Shown here piece after piece: positions 13,501 through 27,400 of a DNA stretch of 64,000 nt. Where the stretch lies: NCBI GenBank assembly GCA_030141605.1, contig JAQGDQ010000037.1:868001-932000 (forward strand). The letters run 5' to 3'. The notes beneath the pieces were generated by a model. It saw only the letters and a list, made by a program, of their open reading frames with translations. It ran no database searches and was not told the origin of the DNA. Both the position numbers and the translations under genes were made by a program. This stretch comes from Tubiluchus corallicola (taxonomy: Eukaryota > Animalia > Priapulida). How positions within the stretch are numbered: position 1 is the first letter of the stretch; each line of letters starts with the position of its first letter.

Positions 13501-16500
13501 GTAATAGGCGTAGTAAACCTATTTTAGTGGCAGTAAGTAGGCTAATTATATAATGCACAACATGTGCTCCAGTATAAAACTTCTGAAGCACTTAGATATA
13601 AGAGGAAGTAGCCTTTTAATTAAATACTTGGCTCCTTTTATAATCTTGACTGCTAACACTTTTTTATGAATTACTTACGTAAAGTATATTTGAAATAAAA
13701 TGATGTTAATAATATTTGTTTGAGTGAATTTGAAGTTTTTATAGAATATAATTTGCCAACTTTGATTAAGAGTTGTTGAAATTTTTCTTGGCTGTAGAAA
13801 AATCTGCATCTTCCGGTGAGATTGATTTCATGTCTATTACCAAGCTAAGGTGAATTTACTGCAAGTTTCCTGGACTAAATGTAATGTTATAATGTCATCA
13901 TCAAATCATTTAGCACATCATTACAATTTTCGTCTGTACTATAAGTCCATTAGTTTCCCATGAATTTATTTACCAGGGCAATGTGGTGTGTTCAGTGTGT
14001 TGACTGTCTGCTGCGCCTTTTGTATTGATCCTAGCCAATTGCTATGCTTGTAATGGAGTAAAATATTTGACTGATGGTAGTAGCAGAGCGTGACTACTAC
14101 AATAATACCATGTAGAGTACAGTCAACTTGCAGCATCGGGCACATTCAGTACACTGCATCCCATGCATAGCCTTTACAAGCGTGTCACACCAGAATAAAT
14201 TGATGACTTCGTTCCCTAATTGCTTTGAGGAAGGTAATGACTGATCAGTTGGATCACTCCCAATTTGCAGAGTAGAGCTGGAGCAGCTTGGCCTGGAATA
14301 ATCGACCGATTGACAAATTCGTTACATGTTCTTCTCCATCTCAAAAAATCTACTAATCAGAAATCATGAGCCATATGTGATCGAGCTGAAAAATATTTAC
14401 AATCTGATCGTCTATGTTGCATGTATTTAGGAGGTGTCAGAAAATTGTGCTCTGATTATAAGACTAGGCTAGCATACCAGGGAACAAAATTCAACAAATC
14501 CACCAATGAGTTTGCCAAAATGTGCAGACAACTGCTACTTGCGAAGTATGTGTACTCTGGCAATATAAATGGTCCCACGTGATGCTGTAGTTTGTGTAGA
14601 CAATATTAAGGGTTTGGTCAGCTAGCTAAGTGATGAACAGTTTGCATTGGCATGTCAACATTGGGAAATGGTTCCTCCCTCTAATTGTACAGCTAGGCTA
14701 CTGTACTAGGCTACCAGCCGTTTTCTGATTACAGCTTGGGTATTTATTTAATTTTGTTGTTTATTTTGGTTATTAGCTGAGCACTATTTAGTAACCAAGT
14801 GAGCAGTGAAGTGTTGTTCCTGCATACAAAACTGTTATTATCCTCTCTGATGCCATAATGGTATAGTTCAGCTCTTTTGCAATGGTTCATACGTGCGGGC
14901 TAGCGTCTAGACCTTTATATTATCTAATATAGCTTTAAGTATAGTATTAAACCACTAATGCGTGTATTTGCCTTCACTATGAATATGTACGGTACTCGGG
15001 CATATTAAAAACACTTTGTATTTTTTGAAAGAACGCCTGCATTCTTTATATTGAATACTACTCGGCTGCAAATCTAACCCATTCAAAAAAATTCCAATTG
15101 CAACTTTCAATTATGGCTCATTGAACTCAAAGTTATTGTTAGCCAGCTGTATTTCTTGAGAAAACAGGCTTTAATTATAATAGAACTGACATTTAGAACT
15201 CATATTTTAAATTTGATGTCAACTTTAAATTTTTCAAAATTGTATCCTAAATTTAAAATTAAGCTTTTATTTCAAACATCCATTTTGTCTTTTTTTGGAG
15301 CTTTCATTTCATTCTATTAAATTTGATGATTTTCTATGACAAAATTTATACTTTCTACCAATTTAGCTACTTTAGTTTGAAAAGAAATATTTTGAAAGGT
15401 TATTTTGTACTGATTACATATTGCATAAGGATTACATATTTTTGCTTTTTCAATGTTCTTTTTTTATTCTGAACATTTTTAATTGTTAATCGCTGCAGCT
15501 ATTACCTTGGTTAACATCAGAACAAATTGAGAGTTTGATAAGCCTAAATAAGACATTTATTATTAACAAATTTAACAATTATATAACTTACCTAAATTTA
15601 GATAACGCTCAACTTTCTGTTAATTGTAAGATTTAAACCTATAGTTAGAACTTAGCAGTTATAGCTTTTAAAGAAATGCTATACTGTTCACATTGTAAGT
15701 GAGCACTTGTAGCATAATTTTCTTTTTAAATTCTGTACATTGATGAAATTAAAAGAAAGTATTTTTTCAGTAAAATTTTGTTGACTCGATCTTGCAATTT
15801 ATTATACTCTGTTACATGTACATCATGTCACAGTTTGCGACCTTGTGAAACGTTACAGTTTTAGTTAATAAGCAACTTTAAATATAAAACATTACAGTTT
15901 TTGTATAATCATGGGACATTTCTTTTCATTTAGCAGCCGGGTTGTATAATAATTTCATATTTTGCTTTTGAATGATATCAAGTGAATAAAATTGAGCCTA
16001 TATGCTTTCTATACTAATACACACACAAAGCTACTAATTGGAAATTTTAATCGTTCCTCGTCATGGTGTTTAGTTTAGCAAATTTTGTAACGAGGAGTCG
16101 ATGAGTCATACATTTGGCATTTCGTCGTGTTTTGACTCTGCCAAGTGCAGTTAAATAACAATTTTCATTTAACCCATTCTGCCAAAATGCAAGAGGTAAA
16201 ATGTTGCCAAGACCAAGGTTTTATGAAATGCACATTTGTTTAATACTAATATGTAGTCCTAGTGTTGTAAAATTAGCTTGCCGACTTTCAGTGTTATGGA
16301 TTTCTGTACCCAGTCAGAGAAATACCAACTAAATGTTTTTATTGCTAAACGTTTTATGATAAGCATATGGGTGCAGTTAAAATTTTAAAATCTGAATAGT
16401 CAAAACTGTTATTGGCGCAAAATAGCTTTGTTCCCTTTTTTGAATGCAAGAGGTTGATCGCGTAAACTTCCCGTTTTATAGCTCTCTTAGTGGTTTCCTT

Positions 16501-18423
16501 GTATCTGTAATCGCGATGATTCGTCCCCACTCAGTGGTGGGAATTCCTTTCCATTGAACAAATCTGTTTCTCTCCTCAACCCAGCATGAGGGAGAGACTG
16601 AGAGAATCACTCACCCTGTTTATTTGTAGCGCGTCCCAGACATCTGTTTCGATTGGCGTGACTCGACATACAGCATAATATGCAGTAGCAGATGTGACTT
16701 TCGTTAATGTCAGAACCTTACAGCACTTGTACATTGTACAAATGAAGAATCGACTATCTCTTGTACTACTAGTGTTGTTTGGGTTCTGTACAGAATCGCA
16801 AAACCTTTGTTTTGTGTGAAAGATTTTCTGTTTTCTTTTCTCGGAATTACTTTGTGTCTGCCTGGAAATTTCTCAGTCTCAATGGACTTTCGCAAAGTTG
16901 CATTTATAGAGTTTTGTCCTGCGTATCGGGTAAACTTAAATTTGGTTAGCACCTCACTATGGACTACATGACTAAAAAAGGTCAATAACCTCTTGTTTAG
17001 AGACTTTAGATGCAAGAGAACTTTTTAGCTGCGCGTTGACGGTGTCGTGTGTCATTCGTACGTTGGTTTATACTGGCGCTGTTCGAGTTACTAGTTTTCT
17101 CGACTGCAATTTGCCGAATAATATATTAGTCATTGACGGGGCATTTGGGGCTCCTCTGTCTCTGTGAATACAGCAGGAAGCCGGTGTACAGCATGCTGTG
17201 TCTGTAACATGTGCGTATTTAAACAAACTAAGGCTTCTGCTGTTTGCTGTAAACTCGCTACTGTGCTTCGATTAGCTCGTATACTATAACGCCCGTCTTG
17301 CTGATAATTATTCTCCCTCTAGGTTTACGAGAATGATGAACTTAATATCGTGGTAATTACGGTGCCCGCTTTGAATTTCTGTCAGGAGTTTGTAAAACTT
17401 TGTATATGCCTTTTCTGTATGACATTAAATCCTGTAAAAAAAATTATTCGTATCTTATTATAATGCAATGTTTTATGCCGAATTAAAGCCTTTTAAATAG
17501 TTAATTTGCAGATGATCAGACAATAATTTTCACATAATTTCGATTAGCCGTGGAACAGCTTTCGTGTTAGTGTTGAAAAATTGGTTGTAGACGTGACCGT
17601 GCGTTATAGTTAATCAACTAGATACTGCTTCTCAAAACGTCTTCACAATTCTGTCTTTTTCTTAGCAGAAAATAAGGCGGCTCAGACTTCTTTGTGGCTG
17701 TTTTGCCCGGAGTTCCTCATTACGTTAACGGGAAAATTGTTTTTGAGACGGTTCTTACGAAAACATCAACCAGCGCTCAGTTTTGAATTGAACTAGCGTA
17801 ATTGTCTTGCGGTATTTTATACAAGTATACATCTGTTCACTTCCAGCTTAGCTGCGTCATTTCCGGATGTGATGATGATGAGTGTGCATATTTTAAACTC
17901 GTGTTTATTACTCTTTCCGGTTGCTACTGTGGGGCTTCATCAGCAAAGATTCATTGTGTAACGCCTTTCAGAATTAGCTGGCTATTGTCCACCCAATCAG
18001 TCATAGAAAAACTGAAGTTACGTGTTCTCTCATTTCCTGTAGGTTTGTTTCTTAACCTAAAAATAATTGTGCTCAATTGAGGTCGCACATGTGCGGTGCT
18101 ATATTTAATGTGTTTGAGAAAAAAGTTGCCTGAGCACGCCCTACGTAATTCGTTGATGTGTAAAATATAAATCCCCAGACGCTTGTGAAGGTTACGTGCC
18201 TGTAAGCGAAATTAATGTTCTTTCTCATTAGAAGCCGAATCCGAGAAAGGGCTGCTACTCCCGTAGTCTTTCGATGATTAATTTTTTTTGGAAAACCTAG
18301 GTTAAAAGCTGTGTTGAAATTGTTACAGTGGCTAAATTAGGCCCGTTTTCTGTGATAAAATATGCGAAAATATTGCCGATAAAAAAAGAATGCGGATTCT
18401 GAGTGCAGGGCGATAAACGTTTG

Positions 18424-18596
18424 AAGTGACGTTTACCTAGCATCCGGAATGCGTATGCGTTATCCAGTTACAATAGGAAATAGCTGCAGAAAAAATAACG
18501 CATAACGCAGGTCTGATTATCGGGTGTATTGAAAACAATATAAACCGATTTTATCTATTTCATATACGCATACCAGATGCCAGATAAACGCCACTT
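18424..18596. mobile_element. Short hairpin MITE (Harbinger-like)
   Basis: ~33-bp imperfect TIRs: AGTGACGTTTACCTAGCATCCGGAATGCGTAT versus the reverse complement of ATACGCATACCAGATGCCAGATAAACGCCACT. Confidence 0.65.
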
Positions 18597-21493
18597 TATT
18601 GTTCCATTAACATGCATGCGTTAGATGTATATTATTCATTTTACAGCCAATGTATAGAATTTAGATATTGTGTAAAATTCCTAGACATTTCATATGACGT
18701 CTATAAATTTTGGGAAAGTTTAAATTAAATGTTTTTGCTGCTGCATTTTCACACTTGTTACTTATAGACGTTTTGCATAGTAGCTAGAAATTCTAATACA
18801 TAAGTGGCTTTGGCAAAGTGTAATTCCTGTTGACATCAAGTTCAAGTTCTGCTGAGTTCAAGTATGCACCGCACAGGCCTAGGCATTTCGTAGAATACTT
18901 TGTTTCACACTTTGCCTGTAACATAAATAATGGATGAAGAAGTAATTTTTATACATTGACTGAATATTATGCTGAGAGTAATAAATAATCATACAAAGTG
19001 ATAAACTGACAGCTATAATTTAAGTTAACACTGATCTTGTCAGTGAATGACGTTAGAACTAGGGAATAATGAAAAATTAATCTTCTGTGGTGTATCCACA
19101 ATTCATTCTTCATCATTTATAAAGCCATTTTCAGCAATTTGTACCTGTAAAAGTGAGTGCACTGCTGGATCAGTTTCTAAGCTACATATTGTACCAACAA
19201 AGTACTAGGAACCATGACTGTTGGAAAGATTAAAAAAATAATCTTGTTGTGTGGTGCTCTTCACAATTTTATGCTATCACAGTGGGCGGTGACCTTACAA
19301 AAACAAGTGGCAAAGCTTTTTATAACATTCATTCAAGCCTCAAAGTCACGCCGGAAACCTTGGAAATTACAGTGTTTACCGTTTCTGTGTATGAAACTTG
19401 GTGAGCTTAAAGCAGCTTCTAAAAAGCAAAAACATCGATTGATGTTGTTGTCTGCGTTATTAAGGTTTTTGGAAAATTTTCTGTACGCTTTTTAGGAGAC
19501 TTCAAAAATTTTTAGGAAAACGTCGGAAACGTTATACAGACTGCGGTATCATTGAGAGAATTTGCATTATCCCAACTAGTCCACAATTTTTCAGCGTTTC
19601 CTTTCTTTCAACCATTACCCTTGTAATAATTGTTGTAAAATAAATCGCAATGGTTTATGAACATTCTGCCATTCACAGTCATAATCTAAACAATAATTTG
19701 TAATATTTTCACTGCATTTACGTCTGTTGGATTTTGGATTATTTCTTTACGTCCCAAGCTCAGTGCGTGGCTGTCCTATTAAAGCCACCGGCTGAATGAA
19801 AGTTGTTCTAGCTATCCTGTGCGCAAATTAAACATTTTTTGCTATTGTTTTATGACTTCAGTTTTTGCAGGCGACCAAGCCAAATGAAATCACTTACTAA
19901 TAGCTTTCGTGACAAAGACCATTACCCTTACATCTCAAGTATATTAAATTTTAATTAGCCTGTTGTATGGTCTTGATTCGAGTGAATTACGCTCAGTGTA
20001 GAATTCGGTTAGCTGCTCTATAATACTGATGATATTGATCCATTAATGTTGTAAATTTTATACTGTCGACATTGGCCCTTGTGTCAATAAATTGTCGAGT
20101 GCCTAGTAGATATAATTGTGGTAATGGTAAATAGTTATTTTCCTGCTTGTTAAGTCTGTTTGTTACCGTTGTTTGTTTGTTTGTAAACTTTTTTGTCAAA
20201 AATACATGTTTAAACGGATTTCATCAAGATTTATCGCTTTAAATTTTTTGCCTATTGTCATTCGCGAAATTTCAAAATGCTGATTTTGCAATCGAAGATA
20301 TTTAATGAAAACTTTTATCTGTGTTAAATGTGTTAATTTTTCAGCTGTGTGAAACCTCGAAATGTTTGTCAAAGCGTTTTAAAAATTTAATTGCATAAAT
20401 TTAAAAATGTTGCAGAAGTCGTACTGCGATTAAACACTCCACCTATCTGTGTTCACGCATTTTAGCCCTGAAAGATACCCGCTTTTTAACCGTAATGTAA
20501 TCGCTTTGACCGCTTTCTGAGTAGTCATAGCTTTGCACTCGTTTTATCGTGTAAACTGACTCGCAGGGTTTGTTGTTTTTAACAGAGATTTAACATAAAT
20601 TAGTTTTGTAAACGTGACACAATTTTGTAGAATTACTGGCTAACACAAATCCTGATTTTGTTACTGATATATATTTGGTATTATTGATACAGAGCATTTA
20701 AATGCCTCTCGGGGATTTTGTAAGTTCTCTTGGCTAGCTTTTAATTTATCCTATGCTTCATTAGCTGCCTGTTCACAAAGTTAGGCATGTGTGGCTATTT
20801 TATTTTAACTGCTCATCATCCCACAAGACCAAACCGTTTAAAAATCACTTTCAGCTGCTATATGTAGCGGGTGTCATTGCGGTAAGGGCTACTGATGCAG
20901 TGAGAGAGCAATCTGTTTATAGCTCTTGTAAAGATTTTCGCATACTGTGCTTGATTAAGCCTAACCGCAGGGTTTGCATAGTGTTTACTCTCATTGACAG
21001 CGGAAGTGCAAAAATGTAAATTCTTGAGGAGTATGAAAGATACTATGGGTTGTGTTCCAAACCAGAGATGATGTACGTACCAAATCAATACCTGCTGTGT
21101 TTTACCAGATAATGGAAACTTAACCTTGGCCCTCTGGAAGATTTGTACTTTTGAATCCGCATATATATGTATATTTACACTGGTTCATACTCTCGCTCTG
21201 TGTCAGAGAATCTCGCAGGCTTGCATCTCTTTAACCAAAATTTACTTTTTTACTTTTTCACCATGAGAACAAAATCTGTTAAAAATTAATTAACTAATAT
21301 TGTACTTTAGTACACCAAATGAAGAAATTTGTGACGAGATGAAACTTTCTCAAAACATTGAAGGGACTTTTAGAATTTAGACAGTTAATAGCTGGTGTGA
21401 TGCATGATTTTTTAATGTAAAATAATTGCTGCACCTCTTTAATTAATAATTTACTTTACAGGTCCTGCAATCAGGGAACAATAATTATCTAGA

Positions 21494-24400
21494 ATGACGA
21501 CAGACATAGTGGTACGCTGGGAACCAGGCCAAGAGATTGCAGAGGATGAAGATAACAGTTCCTCTAGGCTCTTTGAAAGAGCCCGCATCAAAGCTTTGGC
21601 AGGTGAGTTAATGGTTGTACTACTTGTAAACAAACAATTTGTAAACAAAAAATCTATAGTGTGTAGATTTTGTGCGGTATATGTCGCGAAATGGTAAAAA
21701 TGCTTCCAAATGTATTGTGAAAACGCAAAAATTGTTATGTAACATTTAAACTGGTTGTTATACGTAAATTTGGATATTAAACACTACCACTACTACTACT
21801 TATATAGTACTGTAGTTGGCACATATGTTGATTAACAAAGGTATAGACATATGAATTATCAATATGTAAGTAAAAACATATTTTCATAAGTCCATATTTT
21901 CCATTGGTTTTTGCTGAACTGATTGAAATGATCACACAGTGTGAATTAATTTACCCGAAAAGATTAGTGTTTTACACACACATATTTGCGTCACCTGTCG
22001 CTGGTTTAATCAGTTATATATTGCTTGTTACACAGCCCACAGTACAAACTGTTTACCAAGTCCAGATATATTGATTAGACCGTTGAACCCTTCTCTAAGT
22101 CTAGCTACTTTGAGTCGATTATAGATATTTCTGAGATCTACCACGTTCCCTAGAGGAGGAATTATTGCAATCAGTTTATACTGTGCTAGCTGTTATTACG
22201 AAAATCTCTGAAGATTTGTTAGTGCACATTAGGCTGTAAAAAGAGCATTTACTGTGGCTTACTGCAAGACTTATTTCGTGTGTACTTTGATCCATCGATT
22301 ATGCATTAATGGAGGTTTAGTGTATGCACGAACATTTTAAAAACACGTTGTTTTATTGCGTTTTAAAGTGAAGACTTTGTGATTGTGTTTCACAGTTCAT
22401 TAGCGTATGCTTGTAATCCTATTTAGCAAAACCGCTGCTTAATTAATTCAAAGTGCACGCTTTTGATTGAAATGCTGAAGTTGAAAAGAAATGTAAATTG
22501 CAAGACTTGTGATTGGTGACAATGTATCCAAAAATGGTCGTACTGTAGGACAGTCATTACAACAGTAAATGGTTTATGATAATTATTACTTTAGTATTTT
22601 TACGAAATATACTATTGTTAATGAAGAACTCTGCCGGTATTGCTCTACGTGTATAGTGCGTTAGATGACCAAAGTACAGCTAGGGCATCTTTACCTTGAT
22701 AGGCTATATATTGACAACTGGCAATATTGAATCTAACGCAGTTTTCACTATTGCTTAATATGTAATTTAGCTTTTGCTAAGTTTGCAGCTGCTACACAGA
22801 TTTGCTTCCCAAGTTCAACTTGCTGATTACGCCTAGACTCTCAAGGGCTTTGTAATTAAGGAAGACGATGCTCTGTTGGTGGAAGATGAAGCTACTAAAC
22901 TTTGCAAAGAATTCAAGAAATTTTAATAATAGGTCTACTGGTAGTCAGCTAGTTTACAGTATGATAAATATCAGCTTAACCACTATCCAATAAACAGCTC
23001 TGATACCCAATAATGGAAACTGATGGTCACGTTCGCGATACAAACGATATTGCGGTCACCTTAGACCAAATAGACAAGGACATACATCAGCTACAACAAG
23101 GCTTGGAGTATGAGGAGTCTCCTGTGACTGTGAGAAGAATTCGAGAGAAGGCGTCCATTCCGACTGCTTCAAGATTTCCAGTTTCTGTACCATTGGTCCC
23201 AATTCCATATGCAGACGATGATGATTTTAATCTGTCCAGTTTTTTGTACGACCGAAAAATTTGCAGTAGTCGTGGTAAGAAAAGTGGTAGTGTTTTTATA
23301 CTGCTGGAATGTCATTATAATACGTATGGGTTGAACATTTCTATAGCCTGTATGGAAGCAGTTGATAATTTAGCTAATTTGAGATATTTCTTGTTGTTTA
23401 TTTTCCCAGTTTGTTTGGCCATGCTTTAGTTTTTGAAATTGTTGGGCGTCTAAAAGTTATTGGTTTGAGTTTCAGGTTTTAGCCACCTTCAGTTTTACTG
23501 TCAATTTGAATGGAAAGGGACTAATTAACATTTGAATGTCAGTGTTCAAAACAAAATTAAGTTACTTGTACCTGCATTTGATTTTATAAATCACATGCAT
23601 TTATTTCTATTTTAACGTAACTTGCTTGAGAAATTTCATTTTCTGTGTGCGTCATATTCTTGCACTCTAGACATTCTTACTTTTCTTCAATCAAAGACAT
23701 TTTTATTCAAGTTCTTTCAAGATTTTGATGTTATCAGCATCCTCCTAATGCTTGATTGCCTTGAAATTTTTTACTAACTTTAGTTTTATTGTATGGGCTT
23801 TTTGTAATGCACATCCTACTGATGATGAAAGAAAATTTTAATAAATAATCTATATTTTTGACATTTAAAGAATCAACTCGAAATTTGTTTTTCCATTTCC
23901 AGATGAAAGGGAATACGTACAAAAGAAGACATTTTCAAAATGGGTGACATCCCATCTCTTACGAGTCAATAGTCGAGTTGGTGATCTGTATGTAGACCTA
24001 CGAGATGGCAAATTGCTGCTCAAACTTCTGGAAATTTTGTCTGGCGAACGCTTGGTATGTAAACACTTGAAGCAGTACTGTCTTACATTGCTTATATATT
24101 TTTTGTTCTGTTTGCATTAAAACACATGTAACAGTAACCAGAAATTCGTGGCATGTTTATTAAGGGCATTTATTGCAGATCACTTCTTTCCACAGCAGTT
24201 GCAAGTAGGCAAATATATTATGTAATCAAATTTTATATGAAATTCGAATGTTTACGTAATCAAGCTATTAATTTGACTTAGGGAAAGCTTGTATTAAGTG
24301 TTTGATTTAATACTGTGTACAAGAGCATAGTTGTATATGTAATTTAATATTATTTTGTTCATTAATATAGTTCAATTTTTTTCAGCCACGGCCGACAAAA

Positions 24401-27400
24401 GGAAAGATGCGAATTCATTGTCTAGAAAATGTGGAGAAAGCTTTGCAGTTTTTGCGTGAGCAGCATGTTCATTTGGAGAATCTTGGTTCTCATGATATAG
24501 TAGATGGCAATCCTCGCTTAACACTCGGTCTTATCTGGACTATCATACTTCGTTTCCAGGTGAGCTTTAGTTGGTTATTACGAGTTTTGTAATTTCAGTT
24601 GTCAAAGACTATTTATTCTTTAATAGAATGGCTACATTTATAATTTTAATTGAAACCAGGAATTTTTCCCTAGTTAAACTTCTAACCGTATCATAATGTC
24701 ACTATATCACATTAAACGTTGGGCAATTCAGTCAATTTAACTTGCTAACACTTAATCATTTAATAAAAAATGTCACCTGTACATTGCCATAGATTAACAA
24801 AATATGGTTTTGTTTTTGAGCAGCTAATGTATGCTAACATTGTTGGTTTTTCTGTGTATGCATCTTTTTCTTTCTACTGTACATTTTTAAAAACACAAAT
24901 GTATGTTAGATACAAGACATCATAATCGAGGAAGTAGACAACAAGGAAACGAAGCAGGCAAAAGATGCTTTGTTGTTGTGGTGTCAAATGAAGACAGCAG
25001 GATACCCCAATGTTAATGTCCGTAACTTCACCACAAGTTGGCGAGATGGACTGGCATTTAACGCCATTATTCACAAACATCGGTACTTAACTACTGTTTC
25101 TTATTATGATTGGTTTTCTGTGAAAAGGGAAGGAGATTTAGAGGAAAAATTTGTCATTAGGTCTTGTTACGAAACAGGTAAAGCTAGCTTGGCCACTTGG
25201 TTAATTAAATGCCAGTTCGATGATATGCCTATTGCTTATTGTATGATTTTAATTTAGTTGCTTAATGAATGAGAATTCATTACATTTTAATTTTTATTAA
25301 AAAAAATCCTGCAACACTGTGAGGTTGCCATGGAGATTTTGATTTGAATTCTGTCTTAAATGGGATACTTGTAACTTTAGGCCGGTGTCTTAAAATGTGA
25401 CTTAAATTGCGTGGCATTGCCGAAATCATTGTGCCCATTCATGGTGTAATTCTCATCGCCTAACATTTATCGATTTGGGATTGCAGCAATTATTTGGGAA
25501 ATCACTTATAGGGCATGCAGCCTGTCAAAAATACATCAATAATAATTATTTTATTGTGTTATATTACTTGTGTGATGTACTTGTGACATTGTCACTAGCA
25601 AGTTGCTGTGTAGGAAGTGCTGTGATGAATTACATGTATGCGATTTCAATTTCATTGATATTGCAAAGTACTACTTTCTTTCTTTCCTTCAGTGTTTCTA
25701 TGTATTATTGAAGCTGTAGTTTTGGTGAAGTAAAGGTATGTACATATGTTTTGCTTTTCAGACCGGACCTTATCAGGTATGAACAGCTGCAGAAGTCAAA
25801 TGCCACTCACAATTTGGCAAATGCTTTCACTACTGCCGAAGATAAGCTAGGCATTCCTCAACTTCTTGATCCAGAAGGTTAGGCTTTTTCTTATACTGAT
25901 GATTAGTACAATTAGCATATGGCTGATACAACAATCAAAGACATTAAACTAAAGATAAAGAAATTTTGTTTGTACCTTTTAGATGTAAATGTTGATTATC
26001 CTGATGAGAAGTCCATCATTACATATGTTGTTGCGTATTATCATTACTTTTCTCGAATGAAGGCTGAAACGGTACAAGGAAAACGTATTGGAAAGGTATG
26101 TGCTAGCTGTTTTATACTGAATGATGCTGGTCTAATTTAGTCAATTACTGCAATATAGTCTCTGTTTTAGGCATAGCTGATCGATGCTGTTTTTTTCTCG
26201 ATGCTGTTTTTTTTCTATCAGTATCATGATTGTTCACTTTTAGGCATTTTTCTGTGTTATGTGACAATTGCTGGATTCCTGTGACGATTCCTGGATGTAT
26301 ATGACTTTCAGAATTTGACTAGCAATAGTTTGTGTAAGTGTTACTCGGTGTGTCATAGCCCATTAAATATATGATGATCTAGCCACCATCGTGTTATACA
26401 AGGAGACTCTTTTCAGATTGTAGATTCCGCTTTGGACAATGAACGTATGCTGGAAGAATATGAAAGTTTGACCTCAGACTTGCTGGAATGGATCAAGGAC
26501 ACAATAATGCGCCTCAATGAACGCGAGTTTGCTAACTCACTTTCTGGTGTTCAATCACAACTGCTAGAGTTTAACACATATAGGACTGTGGAAAAGCCAC
26601 CCAAGTACGCTGTTTTGCATATAAACGTTTATGCATTTTTTAAAAGATTTAATCTATGTTTGAAGTGCAGATTTAGAATTTGAGATTTTATGAAATGTTG
26701 TGGGTCTTGACATTAAAATTTTTGTAATATAAAATATTCATATAGGTTTGTCGAAAAGGGCAACTTGGAGATTCTGCTTTTCACACTGCAGAGCAAGATG
26801 AGAGCAAACAACTTGAAGCCATTCTTTCCACAAGAAGGCAAAATGATATCTGACATCAATAAGGCTTGGGAGAGACTGGAAAAGGCTGAACATGAACGAG
26901 AACTTGCACTGAGAGAGGAACTAATCCGGTAAGTATTGCAAATGTGGCTCTGCATTTCAACATATATGATGGTGTGTCCAGCTGTTGTATGTTGTTGCCC
27001 CAGTATGCTAGCTTGACTTTCTTGATTGGTCAGCACATAATGAGTTCCAGTCTGTGGTTGGTTATTTTGTGTAAAATACACTGCATGTATCATCAATTCT
27101 TGTTTTGTTTCCATGCATTTCTATGTTTTTGTCACTCTAAAAGTAAAAAAAGTTTTCTCTTTGAAGTATCCTTACAGATATTTTGTAACACGTCTTTATT
27201 GATGTTTCAGCCAAGAAAAATTAGAACAGCTTGCCAACCGTTTTGACCGAAAAGCCGGCATGCGTGAAACGTGGTTAAGTGAAAACCAGCGGTTGGTATC
27301 GCAGGACAACTTTGGCTATGACCTTGCTGCAGTCGAAGCTGCTGCCAAAAAACATGAAGCTATTGAGACAGATATTTTGGCCTACAAGGAGAGAGTCGAT

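Noticed and set aside
14200-14245. TGATGA...CTGA box C/D snoRNA-like pair
   Set aside because: Only ~40 nt apart, too short, with no recognisable rRNA guide.
17323-17352. 30-nt AG...GT segment as a coding alternative spectrin exon
   Set aside because: Gives stops when joined to either 21462 or 23903. At most a UTR exon.
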